From a virus (lineage: Duplodnaviria; Caudoviricetes): a stretch of 64,000 nt of DNA. Below the pieces are notes generated by a model. That model did not search any database, was not told where the DNA came from, and was given only the letters and a program-made list of their open reading frames with translations. The position numbers and the translations under genes are program-made. The stretch covers positions 1 through 64,000 of the IMG/VR virus record IMGVR_UViG_3300031760_000028; one strand, given 5' to 3'. Shown piece after piece: positions 16,395 to 25,513 of this stretch; positions within the stretch are counted from its first letter, which is position 1; each line of letters opens with the position of its first letter.

Positions 16395-16757
16395 ATGGCA
16401 GATGAAAGAAAAGATATTTTTATTGACACAGTAGAAAATTTATTTACAAAGTACGCATTTGAAGAAAGTATCCCACAGGAAGCTATTGAGTTTTTTGAAG
16501 ATTATAAGAAAGGTAAAACTTCAAAGAAAGAAGTAACAGATAAAGGTATTAATATTCTTAATGCACTTAGAGATATAGATGACTGGATTACTGCAAAGGC
16601 GCTTGGTGAACAACTTGATATTTCAGGACGTTCGGTATCAGGCACAATGCGCAAGCTCGTTGAAGATGGATTTGTAGAGAAGCGCGCAGGAAATCCCGCA
16701 GCATATAAAATTACTGATAAAGGTATTAACTTTCAGCCAGAAATAGCAGAAAGTTGA
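16395..16757 (+). CDS. Winged-helix transcriptional regulator (MarR/TrmB-like fold)
   Basis: ITAKALGEQLDISGRSVSGTMRKLVEDGFVEK...YKITDKG. Confidence 0.8.
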   Translation: MADERKDIFIDTVENLFTKYAFEESIPQEAIEFFEDYKKGKTSKKEVTDKGINILNALRDIDDWITAKALGEQLDISGRSVSGTMRKLVEDGFVEKRAGNPAAYKITDKGINFQPEIAES

Positions 16758-16782
16758 CAAAATAAAAAAATTATATTATAAT
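16754..16782 (+). promoter_or_regulatory. sigmaA-type promoter
   Basis: TTGACA-17-TATAAT; -35 contains the upstream TGA stop. Confidence 0.88.
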
Positions 16783-16816
16783 ATTATTACAATTTAAAAA
16801 ATAAGGAGAAAAAAGA

Positions 16817-17770
16817 ATGAGACAGAAGAATGAAAACACAATGAATATTGAAGGAAAGATTTATCAGATTGTTTTAGTAGAAAAGGTCACTGGGGAAAAT
16901 TCAAAGCAGCCGGGTACACATTATATTAGTGGTATGATTGATGTTGCTACAGATGCTTCACTTGAAAACATTGTTCAGGTTCATTATACATATGTCACAC
17001 CTGTATATAATTCAGGTAAGACAAATAACACATATACTGCTCTCAAGCAGATTATGGACAATCCTAAGACAGTTGTAACAGATGGATATGACGCAGCTAC
17101 AGTAGTTAAGCTGAATCCTTCATACTCAGTAAATGACTTTTATCCACAGGGTCAGGATACTCCAGTTTCTTCTCCAAGAAACGAAGGTGGATTTGTCACT
17201 ATTATTCCTGAAACTCAGCTTCATCCGGAGGGGGATATTGGAAGAAGTAAGTTTAGTTTTGATGCAATTCTTTATAATGTTGCAGAAGTTGTTCCTGACG
17301 AGGGCGAATCATATGCAAAGATCGAAGGATATGTATTTGATTTTAGAAATGCAATTATGCCAGTAACACTTACTGCAAGAAATAAGCAGGCAATCGCTTA
17401 TTTTAATAGCCTTGAAGTTTCAAATAAGAACCCTATTTTCACAAAGGTCTGGGGAAAGATTGTTAGTTCATTTAAGCAGATTGAGATTAAGCAGGAGTCA
17501 GCATTTGGTAATGCAACAGTTAATACAGTAACTCGTAAGAATAGAGAGTTCCTTATCACTGGCGCAAATCCAGTTCCATATGAGTTTGATACAGAAGTAA
17601 CAATCACTGCTCAGGAGCTTGAAAAGGCACTTCAGGATAGACAGATTTATCTTGCAGACGTTAAGAAGAGAACTGAGGAATATAGAGCTTCACAGGGGGC
17701 GGTAAGCAATAATGCAAGTCCAGCAACTCAGGCAGCTTCCGTAATTCAGCCAGGTGGTTTCAAGTTTTAA
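16817..17770 (+). CDS. Putative single-stranded DNA-binding protein
   Basis: Beta-rich OB-like segments, low-complexity tail ending GGFKF, strong codon bias, directly upstream of the AAA ATPase; function inferred. Confidence 0.5.
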   Translation: MRQKNENTMNIEGKIYQIVLVEKVTGENSKQPGTHYISGMIDVATDASLENIVQVHYTYVTPVYNSGKTNNTYTALKQIMDNPKTVVTDGYDAATVVKLNPSYSVNDFYPQGQDTPVSSPRNEGGFVTIIPETQLHPEGDIGRSKFSFDAILYNVAEVVPDEGESYAKIEGYVFDFRNAIMPVTLTARNKQAIAYFNSLEVSNKNPIFTKVWGKIVSSFKQIEIKQESAFGNATVNTVTRKNREFLITGANPVPYEFDTEVTITAQELEKALQDRQIYLADVKKRTEEYRASQGAVSNNASPATQAASVIQPGGFKF

Positions 17771-17820
17771 CTTGAAACCATGCTGTTAGAATTACTTAAT
17801 TGAGGAGGATTAATAATATA

Positions 17821-18810
17821 ATGGATATAGATATTTTTAATATTCAACCGCACAAAGTTAGTCGTGATATGCGTGGTTACTCAGTGTTTTTCTTTGGCGA
17901 TGCAAAGACGGGTAAGACAACTGCCGCAACTAAGTTTCCAAATTCTCTGTTACTAGCTTTTGAGCGTGGTTATAATACACTTGCAGGAGTTAAACCACAG
18001 CCTATTAATTCTTGGGCGGAGTTTCTTAAAGTATTACGTCAGTTAAAAGATGAACGTGCTAAGGAAATGTATGAAACCATCATTTTAGATACGGTTGATA
18101 TAGCATATGACTACGTTAATAAGTATATTTGCGCAAATGAAGGGGTGGATAATATCGCTTCGATTCCATATGGTAAAGGATACACTTTAGTGGCTCAGGA
18201 GTTTGATGAAAAGCTTAGGTCTATTGTACAAATGGGGTATGGTATTGTACTTATTTCTCACGCAACAGACAAAACCTGTAGAGATGAATCAGGAGTAGAG
18301 TATAATAAAATCGTTCCTACTCTTGACAAGAGAGCTAATAATATAGTATCAAGAATGGCTGATATTATTGGATATTCAAGAACAGTTGCTGATGAAAATG
18401 GCCACAATAAGACAATGCTCTTCATGAGGGGTACACAAAGATATGAGGCTGGTTCAAGATTTAAGTATACGCCAGACTATATAGAATTTAACTATAATAA
18501 TCTTGTAAATGCTATTGCTGATGCTATTGATAAACAAGCAAAGGAAGATGGAGAAGAACTTTTTACAGCAGATAGAGAGAATGTTTACAAAGATACTTCT
18601 TCACATCTTGATTTTGATGAGTTGATGACAGAATTTACAAATATAATTAATAAGTTTCAAGAGGATGAAACAAAAATGTCAACTTATTATGCTCCTCGTA
18701 TTACTCAGATTATTGATACTTATTTAGGTAAGGGTAAGAAAGTTAATGAAATGAACAGAGACCAGGTTGAACAGCTTTCTCTAATCATTGATGACTTAAA
18801 AGCTTTGTAA
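17821..18810 (+). CDS. AAA_24 / Sak4-like ATPase (putative recombinase)
   Basis: FFGDAKTGKTT Walker A, LAFERG, IILDTVD Walker B, LISHA, MADIIGY. ATG 17821 follows GAGGAGG at 17802-17808. Confidence 0.8.
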   Translation: MDIDIFNIQPHKVSRDMRGYSVFFFGDAKTGKTTAATKFPNSLLLAFERGYNTLAGVKPQPINSWAEFLKVLRQLKDERAKEMYETIILDTVDIAYDYVNKYICANEGVDNIASIPYGKGYTLVAQEFDEKLRSIVQMGYGIVLISHATDKTCRDESGVEYNKIVPTLDKRANNIVSRMADIIGYSRTVADENGHNKTMLFMRGTQRYEAGSRFKYTPDYIEFNYNNLVNAIADAIDKQAKEDGEELFTADRENVYKDTSSHLDFDELMTEFTNIINKFQEDETKMSTYYAPRITQIIDTYLGKGKKVNEMNRDQVEQLSLIIDDLKAL

Positions 18811-18831
18811 AAATATTAGATTTGATTTAGT

Positions 18832-18869
18832 AATAAAAGTATTTGATATTTATATCAAATACTTTTATT
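18832..18869 (+). terminator. 17-bp inverted repeat terminator
   Basis: AATAAAAGTATTTGATA-TTTA-TATCAAATACTTTTATT. Confidence 0.8.
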
Positions 18870-18896
18870 GTATTTTATAAAAAAATATTATATAAT
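18868..18896 (+). promoter_or_regulatory. sigmaA-type promoter
   Basis: TTGTAT-17-TATAAT overlapping the terminator arm. Confidence 0.7.
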
Positions 18897-18939
18897 AAAT
18901 ATATAAAGAAATAAATGATAAATAAAGAGGTGATTATAT

Positions 18940-19110
18940 ATGACAATTAAAGAGCAAGTTATTAATGACTTAATTAGAGAAATAAGGGTTTTATTAATCG
19001 AAGACGAAAAGATCCCAGTCCCTTCAGCTAAAAAAATAAATGATGATCTAACAATAATTTTAAAGTTACTTGAACAAGGAGATGAACCTAATGGCTCAAC
19101 ATATGGTTAA
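18940..19110 (+). CDS. Small hypothetical protein (56 aa), absent from ORF track
   Basis: GAGGTG RBS after promoter; MTIKEQVINDLIREIRVLLIEDEKIPVPSAKKINDDLTIILKLLEQGDEPNGSTYG*. Confidence 0.65.
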   Translation: MTIKEQVINDLIREIRVLLIEDEKIPVPSAKKINDDLTIILKLLEQGDEPNGSTYG

Positions 19111-19624
19111 ATGTCTTTATTGCGGAGAGTATTTTAATGCTAAACCGGATGAAGAAAATATAGTTTGGATAAAACCAAGAGTTAATAGATATGCACATAT
19201 CAAATGTTGTAAAGAACATGAGCAAAATACTTCTAAAGAAGAGAGTGCATTTCATGAATTATATGAATATGTAAAAAAAGAACAAGGTGTAAATTTTAAT
19301 TTTGTACAGTTTAAAAAGATAGTAAATACCTGGTGTAAAGATTATAATTATACATTTAGTGGCATTTTAAAAAGTCTTTGGTATTTTTATGAGGTTAAAG
19401 GTAATTCAAAAGAAAAATTTAGAGCTGGTTCAATAGGTATAGTACCATTTTGTTATACACAAGCATATAATTATTATTATAATATATATATAGCATCACA
19501 ACTAGCAGGGAGCGGCGATTATGATACCTCTCTTAAAAGAGAAGTTGAAATAGAGGCTCCGATCGCAAAGACGCTGCCGCCCAAATTATTCAACTTAGAT
19601 ATGGAGGATGAAGATGAAGAGTAA
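19091..19624 (+). CDS. Zn-finger protein upstream of helicase (possible helicase loader/initiator)
   Basis: VKCLYCG...YAHIKC motif; AAGGAG RBS favours ATG 19091; coupled to the helicase gene. Confidence 0.65.
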   Translation: MAQHMVKCLYCGEYFNAKPDEENIVWIKPRVNRYAHIKCCKEHEQNTSKEESAFHELYEYVKKEQGVNFNFVQFKKIVNTWCKDYNYTFSGILKSLWYFYEVKGNSKEKFRAGSIGIVPFCYTQAYNYYYNIYIASQLAGSGDYDTSLKREVEIEAPIAKTLPPKLFNLDMEDEDEE

Positions 19625-21158
19625 CTATATAGATACAAAATCAATTATACAAGTAATAGGAAGTCTTTATCAAAATCCTTCGTTATTAGATGATACACAA
19701 TATAAATTTAATGAAGAAGATTTTCCGCAAGAATTTCATAAGATAATGTTTGGTTCAATATATAATCTTCATGCGCTTGGCGCAAAAGTAATCACAGCTA
19801 ATACAATAGAAGATTACCTTGAACAGAGAGATAAAAAACTTGCAGTTTATAAATCATATAATGGCGCAGAATGGTTACAAAATTGTGTTGAAACTGTTTC
19901 TGTTGCTACTTTTGATTATTACTTCAAGAGAATGAAGAAATTTACATTACTGCGTATGTATGATTCTTGCGGAGTTGATGTAAAATATATCTATGATGCA
20001 AATAATGTTATGGATATAAAAAAGAAGCAACAGCAAGAAGATTGGCTAGATAATCATTCTCTTGAAGAAATAGCAGAGTTAATAAATAATAAAATTGAAG
20101 ATATTAAGTTAAAATTTGCGGATAATGGTTCAGATGATATTTGTCATGCGTCTGAGGGTGCGGACGAGCTATTTGAAGAACTTCAGCATACACCAAACGT
20201 TGGTTATCCTATGTGCGGTAAGTACATTAATAAGATTTTTAGAGGTGCGCGCTTCGGTTGCTTCTTTTTGCGTTCAGCGCCTACTAACTGTGGTAAGACA
20301 AGATATATGGTTGCAGATGCTTGTAACTTTGCTTGTGGCGAAATATATGATACAGAAAAACAAGAATGGGTTATTAATGGTACATCTGAACCTACATTGT
20401 ATATTACGACTGAACAAGCAAGAGACGAAGTTCAAACTATTATGTGGGCTTTTGTGGCAGGGGTAGATGAGCAGCATATCCTTGAGAACACTTGTACTTT
20501 AGAAGAAACAGAACGTATTCAAAAAGCAAAAAAAATTATTGCAGAGAGTCCTCTATTTATAAAGGAGTTACCTGACTTCTGTTTACAAGATGTAGAAAAT
20601 ACAATTAAACTTGGCATCCGCAAATATAATACAAGATACGTATGTTTTGATTATATCCATTCAAGTATGAAGATATTAAGTGAAGTTAGCGGACGCGCAA
20701 ATGTAAAAGGATTAAGAGAAGATAACGTTCTTTTTATGGTGAGTGTAAGATTAAAAGATATAGCAAAGCAGTATGGTGTTTTTATTCTGTCGTCAACACA
20801 GTTAAATGGTGATTATGTAGATGCTAAAACGCCTGACCAAAATTTATTACGTGGTGCTAAGGCTATTGCAGATAAAGTTGATGCTGGTATGATTATTCTT
20901 CCGGTTACAGAGGCAGATAGAGAATCACTTAAAGCATTTTGTTCAAAGAATGGATTTGAAATACCAACATATAAAATATCAGTCTATAAGAATAGACGAG
21001 GTAGATACAACCACCTTTTCTTATGGTGCAAACCTGATTTAGGAACTTGTAGATTTAATATTATATTCCTTACTTCATATTTCTATGAACCTATTGAGAT
21101 AGAAGATTTAATAATAAATATAAAACCTAAAACAGAGAAATGGGAGAGTGCATTTTAA
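19608..21158 (+). CDS. dnaB: DnaB-like replicative helicase (SF4)
   Basis: Walker A RSAPTNCGKT, Walker B VCFDYIH, SSTQLN, arginine finger KNRRG. Confidence 0.88.
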   Translation: MKMKSNYIDTKSIIQVIGSLYQNPSLLDDTQYKFNEEDFPQEFHKIMFGSIYNLHALGAKVITANTIEDYLEQRDKKLAVYKSYNGAEWLQNCVETVSVATFDYYFKRMKKFTLLRMYDSCGVDVKYIYDANNVMDIKKKQQQEDWLDNHSLEEIAELINNKIEDIKLKFADNGSDDICHASEGADELFEELQHTPNVGYPMCGKYINKIFRGARFGCFFLRSAPTNCGKTRYMVADACNFACGEIYDTEKQEWVINGTSEPTLYITTEQARDEVQTIMWAFVAGVDEQHILENTCTLEETERIQKAKKIIAESPLFIKELPDFCLQDVENTIKLGIRKYNTRYVCFDYIHSSMKILSEVSGRANVKGLREDNVLFMVSVRLKDIAKQYGVFILSSTQLNGDYVDAKTPDQNLLRGAKAIADKVDAGMIILPVTEADRESLKAFCSKNGFEIPTYKISVYKNRRGRYNHLFLWCKPDLGTCRFNIIFLTSYFYEPIEIEDLIINIKPKTEKWESAF

Positions 21159-21493
21159 TGAATATAATATTAATATTAGCAATTATATTTGGATTTATTT
21201 TATTGCCAATCGGAATATTTATTCTGTTTACAGATGATGAAAAAAAAGCAATGCTTGGTTGTATTTTAGGAATAATAGGTATTTTATTAATACTCTTTAG
21301 TATTACAGGCATATCAATTAAATCAATGCGAGAAAAGCATACTGTTGTCATTACAACAGAAGCTGGAGAAGATATATACACAGATTGCAGAGTAATAGTT
21401 ACAGAACGAAATCGTTCCACAAAAATAGTTATTGCAACAAATGATGAAGAACAGATAGTTTATCTTAATCCTATTAAATATGAGGTAAAATAA
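21158..21493 (+). CDS. Small membrane protein
   Basis: Two hydrophobic helices then a short beta domain; start/stop overlaps with helicase and primase. Confidence 0.7.
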   Translation: MNIILILAIIFGFILLPIGIFILFTDDEKKAMLGCILGIIGILLILFSITGISIKSMREKHTVVITTEAGEDIYTDCRVIVTERNRSTKIVIATNDEEQIVYLNPIKYEVK

Positions 21494-22605
21494 TGTCAAT
21501 TTCTTTTGATAAAGATGAAATAAAGAACTCTTTAACCACAGAACAAATTGAGCAGTTTCTTGCGGAACATGGCGGCGATCCAATTAAAAGAATGGGGTAT
21601 CTAGTATCAAGAACTATTTGTCACAACCCGCCAACCGCAGATGCGTCCCATAAATTATACTACTATGAGAATACAAAATTATTTAAGTGTTATACAGAAT
21701 GTGCTGACACTACTGGATTTGATATATTTGATTTAACGCGTAAAATGATGAAGATTCAATCGGGTGTTGAATGGACATTATATGATGCTCAAATTTATAT
21801 AATAAATTATTTCGGACTTGATGTTGAGAGCGATTTTCAGAATAATACGGATAAAATATCGGATTTTTCAATTTTTGACAAATATAAAACGAATTTAATC
21901 GTTGACGCACAACAAAAAATCATCGAAATGAAAATTTTCCGTCCAGACATTTTACAACACTTGCCTTATCGCCCTATTCAGCCGTGGCTTAATGAAGGTA
22001 TAACCGAAGAAGTTATGAAAGATAGGAGCATCTGTTTCGATCCTTATAATTGGGGTGTAGTAATACCACATTTTAATATTGATAATGATTTAATTGGGAT
22101 TAGGGAGCGGACGCTGGTTAAGGAAAATGAAGCGCGTGGTAAGTATATGCCTGCTATCATAAATGGACAAATGTATAACCATCCATTAGGTTTTAATCTT
22201 TATAATATAAACAAAAGTAAAGATAATATAAAGCAATTAAAAATTGCTATTATTGGTGAAGGTGAGAAGTTCTGTTTAGGATATGCTTCATATTTTGGAA
22301 TGAACAATGATATTACTGTTGCTACTTGCGGAAGTAATTTAACAACACATCAGTTTCAAATGCTTGCGGCGCTTGGAGTTGAAGAAATTGTTATTGCTTT
22401 TGATAAACAGTTTCAAAAGCCTGGTGATGCAGAGTGGAAACGATGGACTAAGAAGCTCACATCAATCCATAATAAATTTGGAAAATATATTAAAATAAGT
22501 TTTATGTTTGATACAGAAAATAAACTAGATTATAAAGCCAGTCCTATTGATAGTGGCAAGAAAATGTTCCTTGAAATGTTTGAGCATAGAATTACACTAG
22601 ATTGA
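21493..22605 (+). CDS. dnaG: DNA primase (DnaG-like)
   Basis: N-terminal CHN..H..CYTEC Zn-binding segment; IGIRER; TOPRIM IGEGEK..; IAFDKQF. Confidence 0.82.
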   Translation: MSISFDKDEIKNSLTTEQIEQFLAEHGGDPIKRMGYLVSRTICHNPPTADASHKLYYYENTKLFKCYTECADTTGFDIFDLTRKMMKIQSGVEWTLYDAQIYIINYFGLDVESDFQNNTDKISDFSIFDKYKTNLIVDAQQKIIEMKIFRPDILQHLPYRPIQPWLNEGITEEVMKDRSICFDPYNWGVVIPHFNIDNDLIGIRERTLVKENEARGKYMPAIINGQMYNHPLGFNLYNINKSKDNIKQLKIAIIGEGEKFCLGYASYFGMNNDITVATCGSNLTTHQFQMLAALGVEEIVIAFDKQFQKPGDAEWKRWTKKLTSIHNKFGKYIKISFMFDTENKLDYKASPIDSGKKMFLEMFEHRITLD

Positions 22606-22630
22606 TTTTTTAAAAAAAATATGATATAAT
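22602..22630 (+). promoter_or_regulatory. sigmaA-type promoter
   Basis: TTGATT-17-TATAAT with extended TG; -35 contains the primase TGA stop. Confidence 0.8.
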
Positions 22631-22665
22631 AATATTAAATAAAAAAATAAGAGAGGTATGAAAAA

Positions 22666-23058
22666 ATGAATACTTATATGGACATTGATGATTTTGACAG
22701 AATTATGGATAAGCTCTTTCCTCCATCAGAATTTAAGCCTGGCGACATAAAAACTGTTACTACTGACACTAGAGGACACATAGTTATTAAAAGAGGAGAG
22801 GGGTCTGCAATAAAAGTCGCAGACACGAGTGACCAAATAAAGAGATATAAAATTAACAATTTCCGTCATCTAATTAAAGATGTTATTTTCAACGATCCCG
22901 CAGTAATTATAAAGTGGATTGATGGCACAAAGACAGTAGTGAAGTGCCAGAAGGGTGACAAGTTTGACCCTGAGAAGGGATTTGCGCTTGCAATAGTAAA
23001 GCATCTTATGGGAGACATCGGCTATTATAACACCATCTTTAAGGATTGGATTGATTAA
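22666..23058 (+). CDS. Hypothetical phage protein
   Basis: IKDVIFNDPAVIIKWIDGTKTVVKC..GDKFDPEKG segment looks like a recurrent phage hypothetical family; GAGGT RBS. Confidence 0.8.
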   Translation: MNTYMDIDDFDRIMDKLFPPSEFKPGDIKTVTTDTRGHIVIKRGEGSAIKVADTSDQIKRYKINNFRHLIKDVIFNDPAVIIKWIDGTKTVVKCQKGDKFDPEKGFALAIVKHLMGDIGYYNTIFKDWID

Positions 23059-24827
23059 TGAAATATAAATTAATAGCACCTGTGACCTATAATAACACTT
23101 GTGCGCAGGTGCTTTTAAATAGGGGTATTACACAAGATAATTTTAATAAATATATTTACGCATCTTTAAATGATATTCATTCACCATTAGATTTTGGTGA
23201 AGATAACATGAAAGAAGCTGTGAAGATGGTGACGCAGCACGTAAAAAACAATGACAAGACAATTATTATTGTAGACCCCGATGTAGATGGTAATACATCT
23301 TCCGCGCTTTTATTAAATTATTTATATGACCTTTTTCCTGAATGGACAAAAACTATTAAAATATACTTTCACGATGGAAAGCAACATGGTTTAAATGATT
23401 GTGTTGATTATATACTTGATAATGAATATAAATTTGTATTATGTCCAGATGGCGGAAGTAATGACCGATTTGAATGTGCAACATTGCAAAAGTATGATAT
23501 TGATGTATTAATACTTGACCACCATGATTTAGATACTAAAAATCCTTATGCAGTTATTATCAATAATCAAGAGGGTTATAGTAATTATCCAAATAAAGCC
23601 TTAAGCGGTGTTGGAGTAGTATGGCAATTTTGTAGATATATTGATAGTATTATGGGAACGAACCATGCTATGCAATATCTTGATCTTGTTGCAATCGGAA
23701 ACTGCGCAGACATGATGGATATTCGTTCAATAGAAACAAGAGCGGTAATAATTGAAGGATTAAAACAATTACGTAATCCATTTATCTTTTATATGGCGCA
23801 AAAAAACGCTTTTAAACTCGGTGATAAAATAACACCAACGGGCGCGGCATTTTATATAGTACCGCTACTTAATGCTATACAACGTAGTGGTACATTAGAA
23901 GAAAAACAGCTTGTATTTAAAAGTATGGTAAAGTATTATGCGTTTGAAAAGATCCCATCAACTAAACGAGGGCACCAACTTGGAGAAATGGAAACAGTAG
24001 TTGAACAAGCAGTTAGAACTTGTACCAATGTAAAAAATAGACAGACAAGAATTCAAGATGCTGCGGTTGCCGCATCAGAAAAACAAATTGAAGAATATAA
24101 TTTATTAGATAGCTGTAAAGTTCTTATTCTTTTGTTAGATGAAAAAAGTGATGTACCTGCGGAAGTGCGCGGTTTAATTGCTAATAAATTTATGGCAAAA
24201 TATCAACGACCTTGCTGTATACTAACAGAACATAAAGAAGAGGATGGAGAGGTATCATTTGCGGGTAGCGCCCGCGGATGTTCACTTGCTGGAGTAGATG
24301 ACTTTAAGCAATTATGTCTAGATTCAGAGTGCATTGAATATGCAGTGGGTCATCCTAATGCCTTTGGTTTGAAGATACATAAAAAAGACCTCCAGAACTT
24401 TATTAATTATATGAATGACATATTAAAAGATATGCCGAACGAACCTATTTATTATGTAGACTATGCTTTTAAAGGACAACAAGTTGATGGTAATGTAATA
24501 TTAGATATAGCAAACATGGAATCATTTTGGGGAACACAATTAGATGAACCTTATATAGCTGTTGAAGGTTTAAAAGTTACTCCTGATATGATTAATATAT
24601 ATAAAAAGAAAACTAATACAATAAAGATTAGTTTAAATAATGGAGTAAGCATTATGAAGTTTAATGCTGACCAAGAATTATGTGATAAATTAACTAAAAA
24701 CAATACTGGCTATATGGAAATGGATATTGTAGGAAAATGTAATGCCAATAATTATATGGGTACTATAACTCCACAAATTTTCATTGAAGATTATAATATT
24801 ATTGACAGTTCTAAATATTATTTCTAA
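23058..24827 (+). CDS. recJ: RecJ-like ssDNA exonuclease (DHH family)
   Basis: DPDVDG, LCPDGG, ILDHH, LSGVGV, GNCADMM, GSAR and GHPNAFG motifs. Confidence 0.9.
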   Translation: MKYKLIAPVTYNNTCAQVLLNRGITQDNFNKYIYASLNDIHSPLDFGEDNMKEAVKMVTQHVKNNDKTIIIVDPDVDGNTSSALLLNYLYDLFPEWTKTIKIYFHDGKQHGLNDCVDYILDNEYKFVLCPDGGSNDRFECATLQKYDIDVLILDHHDLDTKNPYAVIINNQEGYSNYPNKALSGVGVVWQFCRYIDSIMGTNHAMQYLDLVAIGNCADMMDIRSIETRAVIIEGLKQLRNPFIFYMAQKNAFKLGDKITPTGAAFYIVPLLNAIQRSGTLEEKQLVFKSMVKYYAFEKIPSTKRGHQLGEMETVVEQAVRTCTNVKNRQTRIQDAAVAASEKQIEEYNLLDSCKVLILLLDEKSDVPAEVRGLIANKFMAKYQRPCCILTEHKEEDGEVSFAGSARGCSLAGVDDFKQLCLDSECIEYAVGHPNAFGLKIHKKDLQNFINYMNDILKDMPNEPIYYVDYAFKGQQVDGNVILDIANMESFWGTQLDEPYIAVEGLKVTPDMINIYKKKTNTIKISLNNGVSIMKFNADQELCDKLTKNNTGYMEMDIVGKCNANNYMGTITPQIFIEDYNIIDSSKYYF

Positions 24828-24837
24828 GGAGTGAAAT

Positions 24838-25362
24838 ATGGCAATAAATATTGGATATTTACAAAGTAGAACTGATAAAGCTTCAGATGAGACTTTTACT
24901 CCTGAGGAAGCTGTTTTACCAATAATAAAATATATAGATAAAAGTAAAGTAGTATGGTGTCCTTTCGATATAAAAGGACAAAGTAAATATGTAGAAATTT
25001 TTGAAAAAAATAATATTAAAGTAATAGCGAGCCATATTGATACTGGACAGAACTTCTTTGAATATGAGCCAGACGAACATTATGATTATATCATTTCAAA
25101 TCCGCCGTTTAGTATTAAAGACATGGTATTAAAACGACTTACTGAATTAAATAAACCCTTTGCTATGCTATTGCCGTTACCAACGTTACAAGGTCAAAAA
25201 AGGTTTGAATATTTAAAAAATTGTGAAGCATTAATATTTGATAAACGTATTAACTATTATAGAGATAAAGATATGAAAGAAATTCAAAAAGGTGTTGCTT
25301 TTGCAAGTATATATATCTGTAAAGGTATATTACCTGAGAAATTAATTTTTGAACAATTATAA
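24838..25362 (+). CDS. Orphan amino (N6-adenine-type) methyltransferase
   Basis: DETFTP, VWCPFD, motif IV SNPPFS; no adjacent restriction nuclease. Confidence 0.75.
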   Translation: MAINIGYLQSRTDKASDETFTPEEAVLPIIKYIDKSKVVWCPFDIKGQSKYVEIFEKNNIKVIASHIDTGQNFFEYEPDEHYDYIISNPPFSIKDMVLKRLTELNKPFAMLLPLPTLQGQKRFEYLKNCEALIFDKRINYYRDKDMKEIQKGVAFASIYICKGILPEKLIFEQL

Positions 25363-25376
25363 TATTACTTTAGGAT

Positions 25377-25445
25377 GTCGGAGCGGGAACGGCTGCAAAT
25401 CTGAATTTAAAACAGGTTTTCAACTTTTTTCGCCCGATTTTTTGT
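25377..25445 (+). other. GC-enriched intergenic element able to form a long stem
   Basis: GTCGG-A-GCGGGAA (25377-25389) pairs with TTTTCGCCCGAT (25427-25438): 12 bp with one bulge, followed by a T-run. Confidence 0.35.
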
Positions 25446-25450
25446 TCTTA

Positions 25451-25479
25451 TTGATTTTCTTTAAAAAATATAATATAAT
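25451..25479 (+). promoter_or_regulatory. sigmaA-type promoter
   Basis: TTGATT-17-TATAAT. Confidence 0.8.
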
Positions 25480-25513
25480 ATTTATAGAAAAAAAGAAATA
25501 GGAGATTTTACAA

